A DNA stretch of 64,000 nt, from positions 146,946 through 210,945 of the forward strand of contig JAPOYL010000011.1 of NCBI GenBank assembly GCA_026706595.1, given 5' to 3'. Positions 1 to 11,117 of this stretch are shown here, in pieces; within the stretch, counting starts at the first letter, position 1; each line of letters begins with the position of its first letter. The stretch comes from Gammaproteobacteria bacterium. Lineage in GTDB: Bacteria; Pseudomonadota; Gammaproteobacteria; UBA4575. A program made the position numbers and the translations under genes. The notes beneath the pieces were generated by a model that ran no database searches, was not told where the DNA came from, and saw only the letters and a program-made list of their open reading frames with translations.

Positions 1-146
1 ATCGGGAATTCGTATTGATTCCCTTACAAGAGATAGAGGGGGATCTCGTGATCCCCGGCAAGGGCAGCCTGCGTGAATTGATTGACAAGCTTCCCGCGTA
101 CCAGTTAACCAAGATAGCGACCCCGGATGTCGGAGCACAGCCTTAA
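1..146 (+). CDS. folK: 2-amino-4-hydroxy-6-hydroxymethyldihydropteridine diphosphokinase, 3' end (partial)
   Basis: Frame 3 reads REFVLIPLQEIEGDLVIPG, matching the FolK C-terminal RxFVLxPLxEI motif; TAA at 144-146; folK-dNK-panB synteny. Confidence 0.8.
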   Translation, partial: REFVLIPLQEIEGDLVIPGKGSLRELIDKLPAYQLTKIATPDVGAQP

Positions 147-777
147 ATACATCGTCATCGAAGGATCCATCGGTGTCGGCAAGACCAGTCTGGCGCAACG
201 CCTGGGCGATGAGTTTGGCTCATACCTGCTGCTTGAGCAGGCGGATGAAAATCCCTTTCTTGAGCAGTTCTACCAGAACCCCAGGGAAGCGGCCCTGTCC
301 ACACAATTGTTTTTTTTGCTGCGAAGGACCAAGCAGTTGCAGGAATTCAGGCAAGCCGATATCTTTTCACCAGTCCGGATATCCGATTTCCTGATCGAAA
401 AAGACCAGCTGTTTGCGCAGATCACTCTCAATGCCAGCGAATATGAGCTGTATAAGCAGGTGTACTCCTACCTGACGATTGATGCTCCTAAGCCGGACCT
501 GGTTGTGTATCTGCAAGCCCCTGTGGAAGTCCTGATGCAACGCATACGAAAACGCAAGCGGGGGTACGAGCGCCTGATTGGATCCGCCTATCTGGAACAG
601 TTAAATGCGGCCTATGCAAAATTCTTTTACAACTATGTCGACGCCCCCTGCCTGATCGTGAACGCGAGCGAAATCGATTTCATCAACAGCGAAAAGGATT
701 ACCAGCAACTGCTGCAACAGATCCTGGGCACCACGGCTGGGAAACGCTATTTCAACCCACTGCCGTTCGCCAGCTGA
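127..777 (+). CDS. Deoxynucleoside kinase family protein
   Basis: P-loop IEGSIGVGKTS, NPFLxxFY, PDLVVYLQA motifs. Confidence 0.92.
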   Translation: MSEHSLKYIVIEGSIGVGKTSLAQRLGDEFGSYLLLEQADENPFLEQFYQNPREAALSTQLFFLLRRTKQLQEFRQADIFSPVRISDFLIEKDQLFAQITLNASEYELYKQVYSYLTIDAPKPDLVVYLQAPVEVLMQRIRKRKRGYERLIGSAYLEQLNAAYAKFFYNYVDAPCLIVNASEIDFINSEKDYQQLLQQILGTTAGKRYFNPLPFAS

Positions 778-801
778 ATTCGTGAGTATCCGGTACGCCC
801 C

Positions 802-1605
802 ATGAGTGTCCATCATCCCGCCAAAAGCATCACCCTGAAGCGCTTGCAGGCCATGAAGTCGCAGGCTGAGAAAATTGCCTGCCTGACCGCCTATGACGCG
901 AGTTTTGCCGCCGTGCTGGATGCGACGGGGGTTGATGTGATTCTGGTCGGTGATTCCCTAGGCATGGTCATACAGGGCCGAGAGAGCACGGTATCCGTGA
1001 CCATGGACGACATGATCTATCATAGCCAGTGCGTCACTTCGGCAGTCCGGCATGCCTTCGTGATCGCCGACATGCCCTTCATGACGTACACCAGCGTGCA
1101 GCAGGCCCTGGACAATGCGACGGACCTGATCCAGCTGGGAGGTGTTCAGATGGTCAAGCTGGAAGCCTCGGTCCGCCAGGCGAGCATTGTGCAGGAACTG
1201 AGCGAATGCGGCATCCCCGTGTGTGCGCACCTGGGTTTGCGCCCGCAGTATATTCACAAGCTTGGCGGATATTCCATGCAGGGCAACGACCAAAAAAGTT
1301 CAGATGACTTGCTGAGAAGTGCGGAAAGCCTGCAGGCTGCAGGTGCCGATATGCTGTTGCTCGAATGCATCCCCGAAACGCTGGCGCGGCGCATCACAAG
1401 CAGTAGCTCCATACCGGTCATCGGTATCGGTGCCGGACAGGACTGCGACGGGCAAATTCTGGTGCTGCACGATGTGCTGGGCATCACCCGGGGCATTACG
1501 CCGAAATTTGCAAAAAATTTCCTTGCCGACACACACGACATTCCATCGGCGATCCGCGCATACGTGGATGCTGTGAAAAGTTGCAGTTTTCCATTGAAGC
1601 CCTGA
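802..1605 (+). CDS. panB: 3-methyl-2-oxobutanoate hydroxymethyltransferase
   Basis: LTAYDA, LVGDSLGM, ADMPF, IGIGAG..DGQILV motifs. Confidence 0.97.
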   Translation: MSVHHPAKSITLKRLQAMKSQAEKIACLTAYDASFAAVLDATGVDVILVGDSLGMVIQGRESTVSVTMDDMIYHSQCVTSAVRHAFVIADMPFMTYTSVQQALDNATDLIQLGGVQMVKLEASVRQASIVQELSECGIPVCAHLGLRPQYIHKLGGYSMQGNDQKSSDDLLRSAESLQAAGADMLLLECIPETLARRITSSSSIPVIGIGAGQDCDGQILVLHDVLGITRGITPKFAKNFLADTHDIPSAIRAYVDAVKSCSFPLKP

Positions 1606-1622
1606 CTGCATCAAACCGGACC

Positions 1623-2474
1623 ATGCAAACTGTTGCGACAGTGGCTGACTTGCGCCAGCAGCTTTCTTTGTGGAAGGCGCAGGGCGAGCGTATTGTGCTG
1701 GTGCCCACCATGGGAAACCTGCACGAGGGGCACCTCGCGCTGGTCAGGCATGCTGCCCGCTGTGGCAGTAAAATCGTGTGTACTATTTTCGTCAACAGCC
1801 TGCAGTTTGACCGTCAGGAGGACCTGGCTGCCTACCCGAGGACCCCCCGAGAAGACCTGCATGCCTTGCGCTGTGAGAATACCGACCTGGTGTTCATGCC
1901 GGAACATGCAGAAGTCTACGCCGAGCAGCACCGCGTTCAAAAAAGCCTGCCTGTGAATCCGCTGTACCGGCAGCTGTGCGGGAAGTATCGGCCAGGATTT
2001 TTTGACGGTGTCGCCGAGGTGGTAAGCCGGCTGTTCCACATGACAGACCCCGACGTGGCGGTATTCGGAGAGAAGGACTATCAGCAACTGCTCATCATCA
2101 AGCAACTGGTGAGGGATTTGGGGCTGGCTATTGAGATTGAGCAGGTGCCGACCCAGCGCGAGCATGACGGTCTGGCATTCAGTTCGCGCAATGCATACCT
2201 TGAGCCGCAGGAACGTGCCATGGCCCCGCAACTGTATGCCGAGCTGGTCCGTGTGGGCGAGCGGATCAAAAGCGGCCTGCGCACATTTTCGCAAATGGAA
2301 TCCCAGGCAACCGAGCGACTGCAACGGGCAGGATTTCGCCCGGATTACGTGGCCATCCGGGATGCCGAAACTCTCGAAAACGCCGCCTATGAAGCCGACA
2401 ACATCGTCATTCTGGCGGCTGCCTGGCTTGGAAAGGCACGGCTGATCGACAATATAGCGGTGCGGCCGGGCTGA
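1623..2474 (+). CDS. panC: Pantoate-beta-alanine ligase
   Basis: VPTMGNLHEGH, FGEKDYQQ, SSRN, RLIDN; ATG at 1623 chosen as start. Confidence 0.97.
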   Translation: MQTVATVADLRQQLSLWKAQGERIVLVPTMGNLHEGHLALVRHAARCGSKIVCTIFVNSLQFDRQEDLAAYPRTPREDLHALRCENTDLVFMPEHAEVYAEQHRVQKSLPVNPLYRQLCGKYRPGFFDGVAEVVSRLFHMTDPDVAVFGEKDYQQLLIIKQLVRDLGLAIEIEQVPTQREHDGLAFSSRNAYLEPQERAMAPQLYAELVRVGERIKSGLRTFSQMESQATERLQRAGFRPDYVAIRDAETLENAAYEADNIVILAAAWLGKARLIDNIAVRPG

Positions 2475-2570
2475 ATGAGCGGTCCGCACCCCCTGCCCAT
2501 CGCCTTCTCTTGCACAGGTGGGGTCTTGCCTTGCGGTGGATGATGTACTGGCCGTGTGGCAGAGAAGGTG

Positions 2571-4148
2571 ATGCGTAGACCTCTTCCAGAACTGGGTTCC
2601 TACCGGGCGCTTCGCTCCCATGCACAGGAAATCGAGAAACGCACCTTGCGTGACTGGTTTGCACAGGATCCTTTGCGGTTTGAGACGTTTTCACGGGAAC
2701 TGGAGCAATTCCTGTTTGATTTTTCCAGAAACCGCATTTGCGACAAGACGGTAGACAAGCTCCTCGACCTTTCTTCGGAATGCGAAGTCGAGTCCTGGCG
2801 TGACAGGATGTTTGCCGGCGAATCCATCAACCTGACGGAGAACCTGCCCGTCCAGCACACGGCACTCCGTGATCCGGGTCCCGCGTCCGGCGAGCCGGGA
2901 ATGTTGCACAGTCGGACACTGGAACGCATGGAGGTACTTGCCGAAGAAATCCACGAGCAGGGTTTCACGGATGTGGTCCATCTGGGTGCAGGGGGTTCTC
3001 AGACGGGCCCCCGGCTGGTATGTGATGCGTTCAGTGATGCTGCTCAGGCCGGCCTGAGCATGCATTTCGTAGCCAATGCGGATGCCACGGAAATCAACCG
3101 CGTGCTGAAGGGGCGGGAAGCAGATAACACGCTTTTCATCATCGCATCGAAAAGCTTCTCAACATCGGAAACCCTGGCCAATGCACAGGCCGCAAAAAAC
3201 TGGCTCTTGCAGAATGGCATCGCAGACCCAAGGATTGCACGGCATTTTGTTGCCGTGACCTCCATGCCCGAACGGGCCAGTGAATGGGGGATTCCGGAAT
3301 CCCGGGTGCTGCCGGTATGGGATTCGGTGGGCGGGCGCTTTTCAGTATGGTCTGCTGTCGGATTCGGTATCGTGCTCTACCTCGGCATGCCGGCATTCAG
3401 GCAACTGCTGCAGGGTGCCAGGGAGATGGATCGCCATTTCCGGACCGCTCCTCCAAGGCAGAATGTGCCGCTGCTGCTCGCCTTGCTGGGCATATGGAAT
3501 CAGCATTTCATGGGTACGGTTGCGCAGGTTGTCCTGCCGTATGATGCGCGCTTGCGCTACCTGCCGGGATATCTGCAGCAACTGGAGATGGAAAGCAACG
3601 GCAAGTGCGTGGACCGGGCCGGGCGCGCTCTGGGCGTGCCGGGTTCTGCCATCGTTTTCGGAGATATCGGCACGAACGCACAGCACGGGTTTTTCCAGTA
3701 TCTGCACCAGGGAAGCCATGTAGTGCACTGCGATTTCATCGGCGTAGTGCGGGCAGGGCACTCCAACCGCTCCCAGCATGAAATGCTGCTGTCCAACATG
3801 ATTGCACAGGCCCGGGCCCTGATGCATGGCCAGACACTGGAAGAGGCCCAGGCCCGAACCCAGACAGAGTCAGCCGAGCACAGGGTGTTTCCCGGCAACC
3901 GCACCAGCAACACGATTTTGCTCAGGGAGCTTACCCCGCATACCCTGGGTCAGTTACTGGCCCTATACGAACACAAGGTGTTTGTGGAGGGCATCGTCCT
4001 GAATATCAACTCATTTGATCAGCCAGGTGTCGAACTGGGGAAGAACCTGGCCGAATGCCTGCTCGAGAGCCTGCGGTCCAGAGATTTAGTGCAGGATTTC
4101 GACCCTGCAACGCGTGCGCTGCTGGATTACTACAGGAAACATGCCTGA
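2571..4148 (+). CDS. pgi: Glucose-6-phosphate isomerase
   Basis: IASKSFST, VGGRFSVWS, QLEMESNGK, FDQPGVELGK; start could be GTG 2556. Confidence 0.95.
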   Translation: MRRPLPELGSYRALRSHAQEIEKRTLRDWFAQDPLRFETFSRELEQFLFDFSRNRICDKTVDKLLDLSSECEVESWRDRMFAGESINLTENLPVQHTALRDPGPASGEPGMLHSRTLERMEVLAEEIHEQGFTDVVHLGAGGSQTGPRLVCDAFSDAAQAGLSMHFVANADATEINRVLKGREADNTLFIIASKSFSTSETLANAQAAKNWLLQNGIADPRIARHFVAVTSMPERASEWGIPESRVLPVWDSVGGRFSVWSAVGFGIVLYLGMPAFRQLLQGAREMDRHFRTAPPRQNVPLLLALLGIWNQHFMGTVAQVVLPYDARLRYLPGYLQQLEMESNGKCVDRAGRALGVPGSAIVFGDIGTNAQHGFFQYLHQGSHVVHCDFIGVVRAGHSNRSQHEMLLSNMIAQARALMHGQTLEEAQARTQTESAEHRVFPGNRTSNTILLRELTPHTLGQLLALYEHKVFVEGIVLNINSFDQPGVELGKNLAECLLESLRSRDLVQDFDPATRALLDYYRKHA

Positions 4149-4156
4149 GTCCCGTC

Positions 4157-5257
<1,101 letters not shown>

Positions 5258-5280
5258 CGTTAATTACGTATAATTTACCG

Positions 5281-6768
5281 ATGTCTTTCATCCCTGAAAA
5301 TATTTATCTGGTCAGGCAGGTCCGCGAAATGGACCGCATGGCGATCGGGGAATGCGGGATTCCCGGCTACACGCTGATGCAGCGAGCAGGTCAGGCTGCC
5401 TTTGACCTGGTCCGGGCCAGCTGGCCGGATGCCAAGGATTTTGTGGTGGTGACTGGGCCCGGGAACAATGGCGGAGACGGTTATGTCATTGCCCGCCTGG
5501 CGCGTGCAGCCGGGATGCGGGCAAGCGTTTTGCAGTCAGGTGATCACTCCGGGCTCACCGGTGATGCCGGGCGTGCCCGCGACGAATATCTGGAGCACGG
5601 TGGTCAATGCTCGGTCTTTACCGGACAGCAGGCACTGCCGGGGTGCGATCTTGTCATCGATGCCTTACTGGGTTCCGGGTTGACCCGGGCCGTTGAGGGG
5701 GAGTTTGCGGCTGTGATACAGGCTATGAATGCCCAACCCGCTCCAGTCCTGAGCGTGGATGTTCCCTCGGGGCTCGATGCCGACTGTGGCATGGCCCTGG
5801 GAGAAGCAGTGCTTGCACAGGCCACCATCACCTTTGTCGGCATGAAGCTGGGCTTGATCACCGGGGCTGGGCGCCGTCACGCCGGCAGCATCTTTTTCGA
5901 CGATTTGCAGATTCCGGATGAAGTGTTCCAGGCGATTCCGGCCTGCTGTCATAGAGTGGCCCTGGAAGGTCTGCATGAGTTGCTCGGGGTGCGCCACCCG
6001 GATGCCCACAAGGGCGATTTCGGACATGTGCTTGTGGTCGGGGGCAATGCGGGCATGGCCGGGTCTGTCAGACTGGCAGCTCAAGCTGCTGCACGGGTTG
6101 GCAGCGGACTGGTATCGGTGGCCACGGTGCCACAGCATGCCAGCCAGATCAGTGCTGCCTGTCCCGAGGTGATGGCGCACGGCGTGCGCAATCGCAGAGA
6201 ACTTGATGCGCTGATCCACCGTGCCACGGTCGTGGCAATCGGGCCCGGGCTCGGGCAGGATCCGTGGGCCAGGGAACTGTTTGCCCGGGTTCTGGAACTG
6301 GATCTCCCGACAGTCGTGGACGCCGATGCATTGAATTTGCTCGCACTCGATCCGGTGCACAAAGAATCCTGGGTTCTGACCCCGCACCCCGGGGAAGCCG
6401 CCCGGCTGTCGAAGGTGGGCACCCGGGAAATCCAGCAGAACCGCCTTGGACGGGTACAGGCCTTGCAGGAGCAATACGGCGGTGCCTGCGTTCTGAAAGG
6501 CTGTGGCACGCTGGTGGCTGGCGAGGACCGGGTGTCCGTGTGTACGGCGGGAAATCCCGGCATGGCCTCGGGAGGCATGGGGGATGTACTGACAGGGGTC
6601 ATTGCAGGGCTGCTCGCTCAGGGGCTGGAGCTGTACGATGCGGCACGCTTCGGCGTGCAACTGCATGCCCAAGGTGCGGACATGGCCGCGCGCGAAGGCC
6701 AGCGTGGTCTGCTGGCCAGCGATTTGTTTTTACCGCTTCACACCCTGGTCAATGCGGCCTGTGACTGA
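5281..6768 (+). CDS. nnr: Bifunctional NAD(P)H-hydrate epimerase/dehydratase
   Basis: GPGNNGGDG, DVPSG, HKGDFG, TPHPGEAARL, GGMGDVLTG; ATG at 5281. Confidence 0.95.
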   Translation: MSFIPENIYLVRQVREMDRMAIGECGIPGYTLMQRAGQAAFDLVRASWPDAKDFVVVTGPGNNGGDGYVIARLARAAGMRASVLQSGDHSGLTGDAGRARDEYLEHGGQCSVFTGQQALPGCDLVIDALLGSGLTRAVEGEFAAVIQAMNAQPAPVLSVDVPSGLDADCGMALGEAVLAQATITFVGMKLGLITGAGRRHAGSIFFDDLQIPDEVFQAIPACCHRVALEGLHELLGVRHPDAHKGDFGHVLVVGGNAGMAGSVRLAAQAAARVGSGLVSVATVPQHASQISAACPEVMAHGVRNRRELDALIHRATVVAIGPGLGQDPWARELFARVLELDLPTVVDADALNLLALDPVHKESWVLTPHPGEAARLSKVGTREIQQNRLGRVQALQEQYGGACVLKGCGTLVAGEDRVSVCTAGNPGMASGGMGDVLTGVIAGLLAQGLELYDAARFGVQLHAQGADMAAREGQRGLLASDLFLPLHTLVNAACD

Positions 6769-6773
6769 CCCAC

Positions 6774-7217
6774 ATGTATCTGGAGAATGAAACATCGACG
6801 CTTGGGTTTGGTGCCAGCGTGGCCCGTCTCAGTTACCCCCCGCTGGTCATACACCTGCGTGGAGACCTGGGCACGGGCAAGACCACGTTTGCGCGCGGCT
6901 TCATTCGTGCCCTCGGGCATTCCGGCCGGGTAAAAAGCCCGACATTTTCCCTTCAGGAAAGCTATGTGCTTGAGCAGGCAGCACTTTTTCATTTCGATCT
7001 GTACCGGATACAGGACCCGGCCGAGCTTGAGTTTATCGGTATTCGCGATGCCGCAGGCGAAGCCGATACCATCTGCCTGATCGAATGGCCGGAGCGAGGG
7101 GCAGGGGAGATTCCAGAGGCCGATGTCGAACTTGTATTCCGGTATGCGGGGGAGGGTCGCGAGGTCGATTCCCATGGCAGGTCGGCCAAAGGTCGCTCAG
7201 TTATCAAGCTGTTGTAA
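6774..7217 (+). CDS. tsaE: tRNA threonylcarbamoyladenosine biosynthesis ATPase
   Basis: GDLGTGKTT, VKSPTF, HFDLYR, IEWPE. Confidence 0.96.
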   Translation: MYLENETSTLGFGASVARLSYPPLVIHLRGDLGTGKTTFARGFIRALGHSGRVKSPTFSLQESYVLEQAALFHFDLYRIQDPAELEFIGIRDAAGEADTICLIEWPERGAGEIPEADVELVFRYAGEGREVDSHGRSAKGRSVIKLL

Positions 7218-7386
7218 TACAGGACTCTAACTTAGGCAGCTATGCTAATAATTCCATTATAAAAATCACTTGTAGTGACGTAAAATCTTTGCCACACTTT
7301 CACCATGGTTTTATAACCAGGGTTGTATTTTCTCAGTGCGACGTCAGACAGGCATGGTTTTGCGGGCAGGCTGGTTCGGTGCGGAC

Positions 7387-8706
7387 ATGTACCGGACAGG
7401 GATCTGCGCGCTGCTGGCACTGCTTGTGTTCCCGGCGCTGACGGCGGCCGGGGTATCCAAAATCGAGGATGTCCGGATTGCAGACCGAGGCGACAGTACA
7501 CGCATCGTGTTTGATCTGTCTTCTCCTGCGAAGCACAAGGTCTTCGTACTTTCGAACCCGCACCGGGTAGTCCTGGACATCGAGCGCTGCAAGGCGAACG
7601 GCAAGCTCAGTTCTGTCAAGGCCAAAAGCACTTTGCTGAAAAGTCTGCGCTATGCACAAAAGTCACCCCAGAAGCTGCGCGTAGTGCTGGACATGCAAAC
7701 TGCGGTGGTACCGAAAAGCTGGCTGCTGGGCCCTGGCAATGGAAAAGGACACCGTCTGGTACTCGACCTGTCCTCGGAGGTGAAACAACCGAGTGTCAAG
7801 CCCGTACTCGCCATGCCGGATACTTCGCACAGAAGGCGGGATGCCATCATCGCGATTGATGCCGGGCATGGTGGCAAGGACCCGGGGGCCATCGGCCGCA
7901 AGGGCACTTACGAAAAGGTGATCGTACTGTCCATTGCAAAACGGCTCAAAAACCTCATTGACAAGGAAAGGGGCATGCGCGCCGTGATGATCCGCAACGG
8001 CGACACCTACGTGCCCTTGCGAACGCGGATCAGAAAGGCGAGCCGGCTGAACGCGGACATGTTTATTTCCATCCATGCGGATGCATCGGTGAACCGCAAT
8101 GCGCGGGGTTCGTCCGTGTATGTCTTGTCCCAGCGAGGCGCCACCAGCGAGGCGGCCCGGATCCTGGCACAACGTGAAAATGCGGCGGACAAGATCGGCG
8201 GGGTCAGCCTGGATGACAAGGACAAGGTACTCAAGTCAGTGCTGGTCGACTTGTCCCAGACGGCTACGATTGACGCCAGTATCGATCTTGCCGAAGACAT
8301 CCTTCACGAACTCGGTGCAATCGGGAATCTGTTGCACAACCGCGTGGAGCAGGCCGGATTCGCAGTGTTGAAATCGCCCGACATCCCTTCCGTGCTGGTG
8401 GAGACAGCCTTTATATCAAACCCCCAGGAAGAGCAGCGTTTGCGGACCCGAGCCCACCAGCAGAAGCTGGCGGCAGCCATTCTGAAAGGTATACGAAGGT
8501 ACCTGAAGGATCATGCCCAAAGTGACATGCTCCTGGCCGCCTCCGGCAGTGGCAGCAGGCACGTGATACGAAGAGGTGAGACCCTTTCCACCATTGCCAA
8601 TTACTACCAGATCGGAGTCGGTGAACTGCGCAGGGCCAATGCCCTCAAGTCAGACAAGATTCGTGCAGGGCAGGTGCTGATGATCCCGGGGTCCACCGGA
8701 ACCTAG
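7387..8706 (+). CDS. amiB: N-acetylmuramoyl-L-alanine amidase (AMIN + Amidase_3 + LysM)
   Basis: IDAGHGGKDPGA, SIHAD, LKSPDIPSVLVETAFISN, C-terminal LysM; follows tsaE; start uncertain (7336-7387). Confidence 0.9.
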   Translation: MYRTGICALLALLVFPALTAAGVSKIEDVRIADRGDSTRIVFDLSSPAKHKVFVLSNPHRVVLDIERCKANGKLSSVKAKSTLLKSLRYAQKSPQKLRVVLDMQTAVVPKSWLLGPGNGKGHRLVLDLSSEVKQPSVKPVLAMPDTSHRRRDAIIAIDAGHGGKDPGAIGRKGTYEKVIVLSIAKRLKNLIDKERGMRAVMIRNGDTYVPLRTRIRKASRLNADMFISIHADASVNRNARGSSVYVLSQRGATSEAARILAQRENAADKIGGVSLDDKDKVLKSVLVDLSQTATIDASIDLAEDILHELGAIGNLLHNRVEQAGFAVLKSPDIPSVLVETAFISNPQEEQRLRTRAHQQKLAAAILKGIRRYLKDHAQSDMLLAASGSGSRHVIRRGETLSTIANYYQIGVGELRRANALKSDKIRAGQVLMIPGSTGT

Positions 8707-8800
8707 CCCAGACCCGGCACCTGCCGGCAATACCCCGTTTTCAGGCTGGGGCGACCAGGCTGGAATGCTGCCCGCACCCGGGCGAGGGTTCCGTAGCTAC

Positions 8801-9829
8801 TCAGGCCATGAACCTCGAGTCCTGGGCTTTTTGCCACCAGGAAAAAAACACCTTTTCGGTACTGGCATGAACGCTTGCTGCAATACGCTCGCTGAGAGTC
8901 TTGGGCACCGTGTAGTTGACCTCGTAAATATCCGCGTCGTGGCTGGCCTGCAGCAGGTAGTCATCGCTGGTAATCAGTGTATCCACCAGGTTCAGCTCGA
9001 GGGCGCGGCTCGCCAGCCAGTGTTCCCCGGTAGACACCTTGTCAATCTCGAGCCCGGGACGGTGGTCTTTGACGAACTCCTTGAACAGGGCGTGGGTGTC
9101 TTCAAGTTGGCGGTTGAAATGTTCGCGGTCCTCATGGGTATTTTTGCCGAACATGGTCAGCGTGCGTTTCAGTTCGCCGGCTTTCATGAGTTCGAAATCG
9201 ACACCGTGCTTGTCAAGCATGCGGTTGAAGTTGGGTATCTGTGCCAGCACGCCAATCGAGCCGACCACGGCAAACGGGGCGGCAATGATCTTGTCGGCCA
9301 CACAAGCCATCATGTATCCCCCGCTTGCGGCCACCTTGTCTATGGATACGGTAAGGGGAATGTCTTTTTGTTTGATGCGCAATAACTGCGATGCGGCAAA
9401 ACCGTGTTCATGCACCAGACCGCCGGTGTTTTCCAGGCACACCAGCACCTCATCCCGGCTGGTGGCTACTGACAGGATCGCAGTAATCTCCTTGCGCAAA
9501 TGGCGCACGGCCGTGGCGCGGATGTTGCCCAGGAAGTTCAGCACGAAAATGCGTTTGCGAACTTCGGAAGACGTTTTCTTTTTTTCCAGGCGGGCTTCTT
9601 TCTTGCTTTGCTTTCGTGTTTTTCTGAATTCTTTCTTCGGCAGCAGGGAGAGCAGCAGTGTGTCCGCCATGGATTTGTATTTCTTGTTCAGGTGGGTGAT
9701 TTCCAAATGGTCAACTGCACGCGATTTCTTGGACAAGGAAGACAGCAGGCTGATGACGATCCACACGAAGATCAAAATGGTCAGTACCTTGGTTAAAAAT
9801 AATCCGTACTCTGAAATGAACTCAAGCAT
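8801..9829 (-). CDS. sohB: Protease SohB (S49 family)
   Basis: MLEFISEYGLFL N-terminus, LENTGG.VH, DKVAASGGYMMACVA, GSIGV. Confidence 0.93.
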   Translation of the reverse strand: MLEFISEYGLFLTKVLTILIFVWIVISLLSSLSKKSRAVDHLEITHLNKKYKSMADTLLLSLLPKKEFRKTRKQSKKEARLEKKKTSSEVRKRIFVLNFLGNIRATAVRHLRKEITAILSVATSRDEVLVCLENTGGLVHEHGFAASQLLRIKQKDIPLTVSIDKVAASGGYMMACVADKIIAAPFAVVGSIGVLAQIPNFNRMLDKHGVDFELMKAGELKRTLTMFGKNTHEDREHFNRQLEDTHALFKEFVKDHRPGLEIDKVSTGEHWLASRALELNLVDTLITSDDYLLQASHDADIYEVNYTVPKTLSERIAASVHASTEKVFFSWWQKAQDSRFMA

Positions 9830-9848
9830 GTCAGATGCCTCTCGTTGG

Positions 9849-10688
9849 TTATGTGTCGTAAATGCATTCGTAGCTGACAAAAAACTGCCCGCAGCCATTG
9901 TCTGAAACCTCGTCCAGCAGCAGTGAACTCAGCTGAAGCCTGCAGTGTGCCAGTGTTTCGCCTTCCAGCAGGGTCCTGTACGTTTGTCCGCCTAGCACCT
10001 GGTGCGAGATGCTGATGTACAACGTGTCCAGTTGCCGGTCCTCCAACATGGTGTGCAGCATCCTGGGACCCGCGATCAGGTAGATGTTGCGGTATCCGCG
10101 CCGGGCAAGTGCATCGATCAGGGGCTTGCCCTGCACCATATCGGATTTTCCGGCAAGCAGGACTTCCAGCCCCTGTGCCTGCCAGTGCTTGTGCCGTGCA
10201 GGATCCGTGGCCTGCCCGGCAGCGACATAGACCTTTTGTCCACTTTCCTTCAATGAAGGATGCAATGGGAACTCCAGGCTTGAACTTGCGATCACGACGT
10301 CTGGATGTTCGCGCAGGCCCTGCTGTCTTCGCCAGGCATGCAGATCCTCATACTCTGGGGTGTTCGGCAGTTGCAGGATATTTCCAAGTTCGGAGGACGC
10401 GAGGCTTCTCATGTACTTGCCGTGCGTGATCAGACAATCCGCTTGTGCATGAAGTTCCAGAAACAGGCGGAAGTCCTCCCCACTGGTCAGGGATTCGGGC
10501 AGATGAAGTTTTGGGTTGGTCCGGGTGGTGGCAGCAATCCGTCCATCCAGGCTGGTCACAAAGTTGGCCGCCACAACCGGCTTTTTCTGGCTGGATTGTC
10601 GCCAGCCGAACTGCTGGAGGTACACGTTCTGCAGGGCGCATGCTGCTGGGGGCTGAGGGAAGAGCCGCAACAGCTGTTTTGTACTCAT
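9849..10688 (-). CDS. RibD C-terminal / dihydrofolate reductase-like protein
   Basis: ANFVTSLDGRIA and AGP..LHTML..D.L motifs of RibD_C-type reductases. Confidence 0.75.
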   Translation of the reverse strand: MSTKQLLRLFPQPPAACALQNVYLQQFGWRQSSQKKPVVAANFVTSLDGRIAATTRTNPKLHLPESLTSGEDFRLFLELHAQADCLITHGKYMRSLASSELGNILQLPNTPEYEDLHAWRRQQGLREHPDVVIASSSLEFPLHPSLKESGQKVYVAAGQATDPARHKHWQAQGLEVLLAGKSDMVQGKPLIDALARRGYRNIYLIAGPRMLHTMLEDRQLDTLYISISHQVLGGQTYRTLLEGETLAHCRLQLSSLLLDEVSDNGCGQFFVSYECIYDT

Positions 10689-10751
10689 TCTTGAATAATA
10701 CAGGTATGTGCCGGATGTTATAGTATCCTAGCATGCCAACATCCAGGACCC

Positions 10752-11117
10752 ATGCGAAAACCGAATATTTCCAGAGCCATTCCAAAGCAGCGTTACAAGC
10801 TCGGGGATTACACAATCGTCGTGCTCGAAGACATTGAGAGCAAGGACCAGATCGAGTACGAATATTTGCTCGCCGCTGTCAAAGACGGGCACCACGAGCC
10901 CGAGGTGTATATCAGCTGCGAAAAGTCAAAGACGGAAACAGCGACTGACAGCCACGCCGTCCGGGTTTTTGCCGCCCGCCTGGGAGATCAGGCATCCGGA
11001 CAGGTTATCGAGCACTCCGAGCGGTGGGCCAGCCAGGATGCGTTTGTTGCCTATGCCCTTTCCGGGTTTCAGCAGATGCTTGAGATGCAGGACGAAGAGC
11101 CTGTTCCGATCATATGA
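10752..11117 (+). CDS. Hypothetical protein
   Basis: 121-aa ORF with AGGA RBS; stop overlaps mutL start (ATGA). Confidence 0.75.
   Translation: MRKPNISRAIPKQRYKLGDYTIVVLEDIESKDQIEYEYLLAAVKDGHHEPEVYISCEKSKTETATDSHAVRVFAARLGDQASGQVIEHSERWASQDAFVAYALSGFQQMLEMQDEEPVPII

Noticed and set aside
310-317. T8 homopolymer in the deoxynucleoside kinase gene
   Set aside because: In frame, encodes Phe-Phe in a housekeeping gene; no sign of phase variation.
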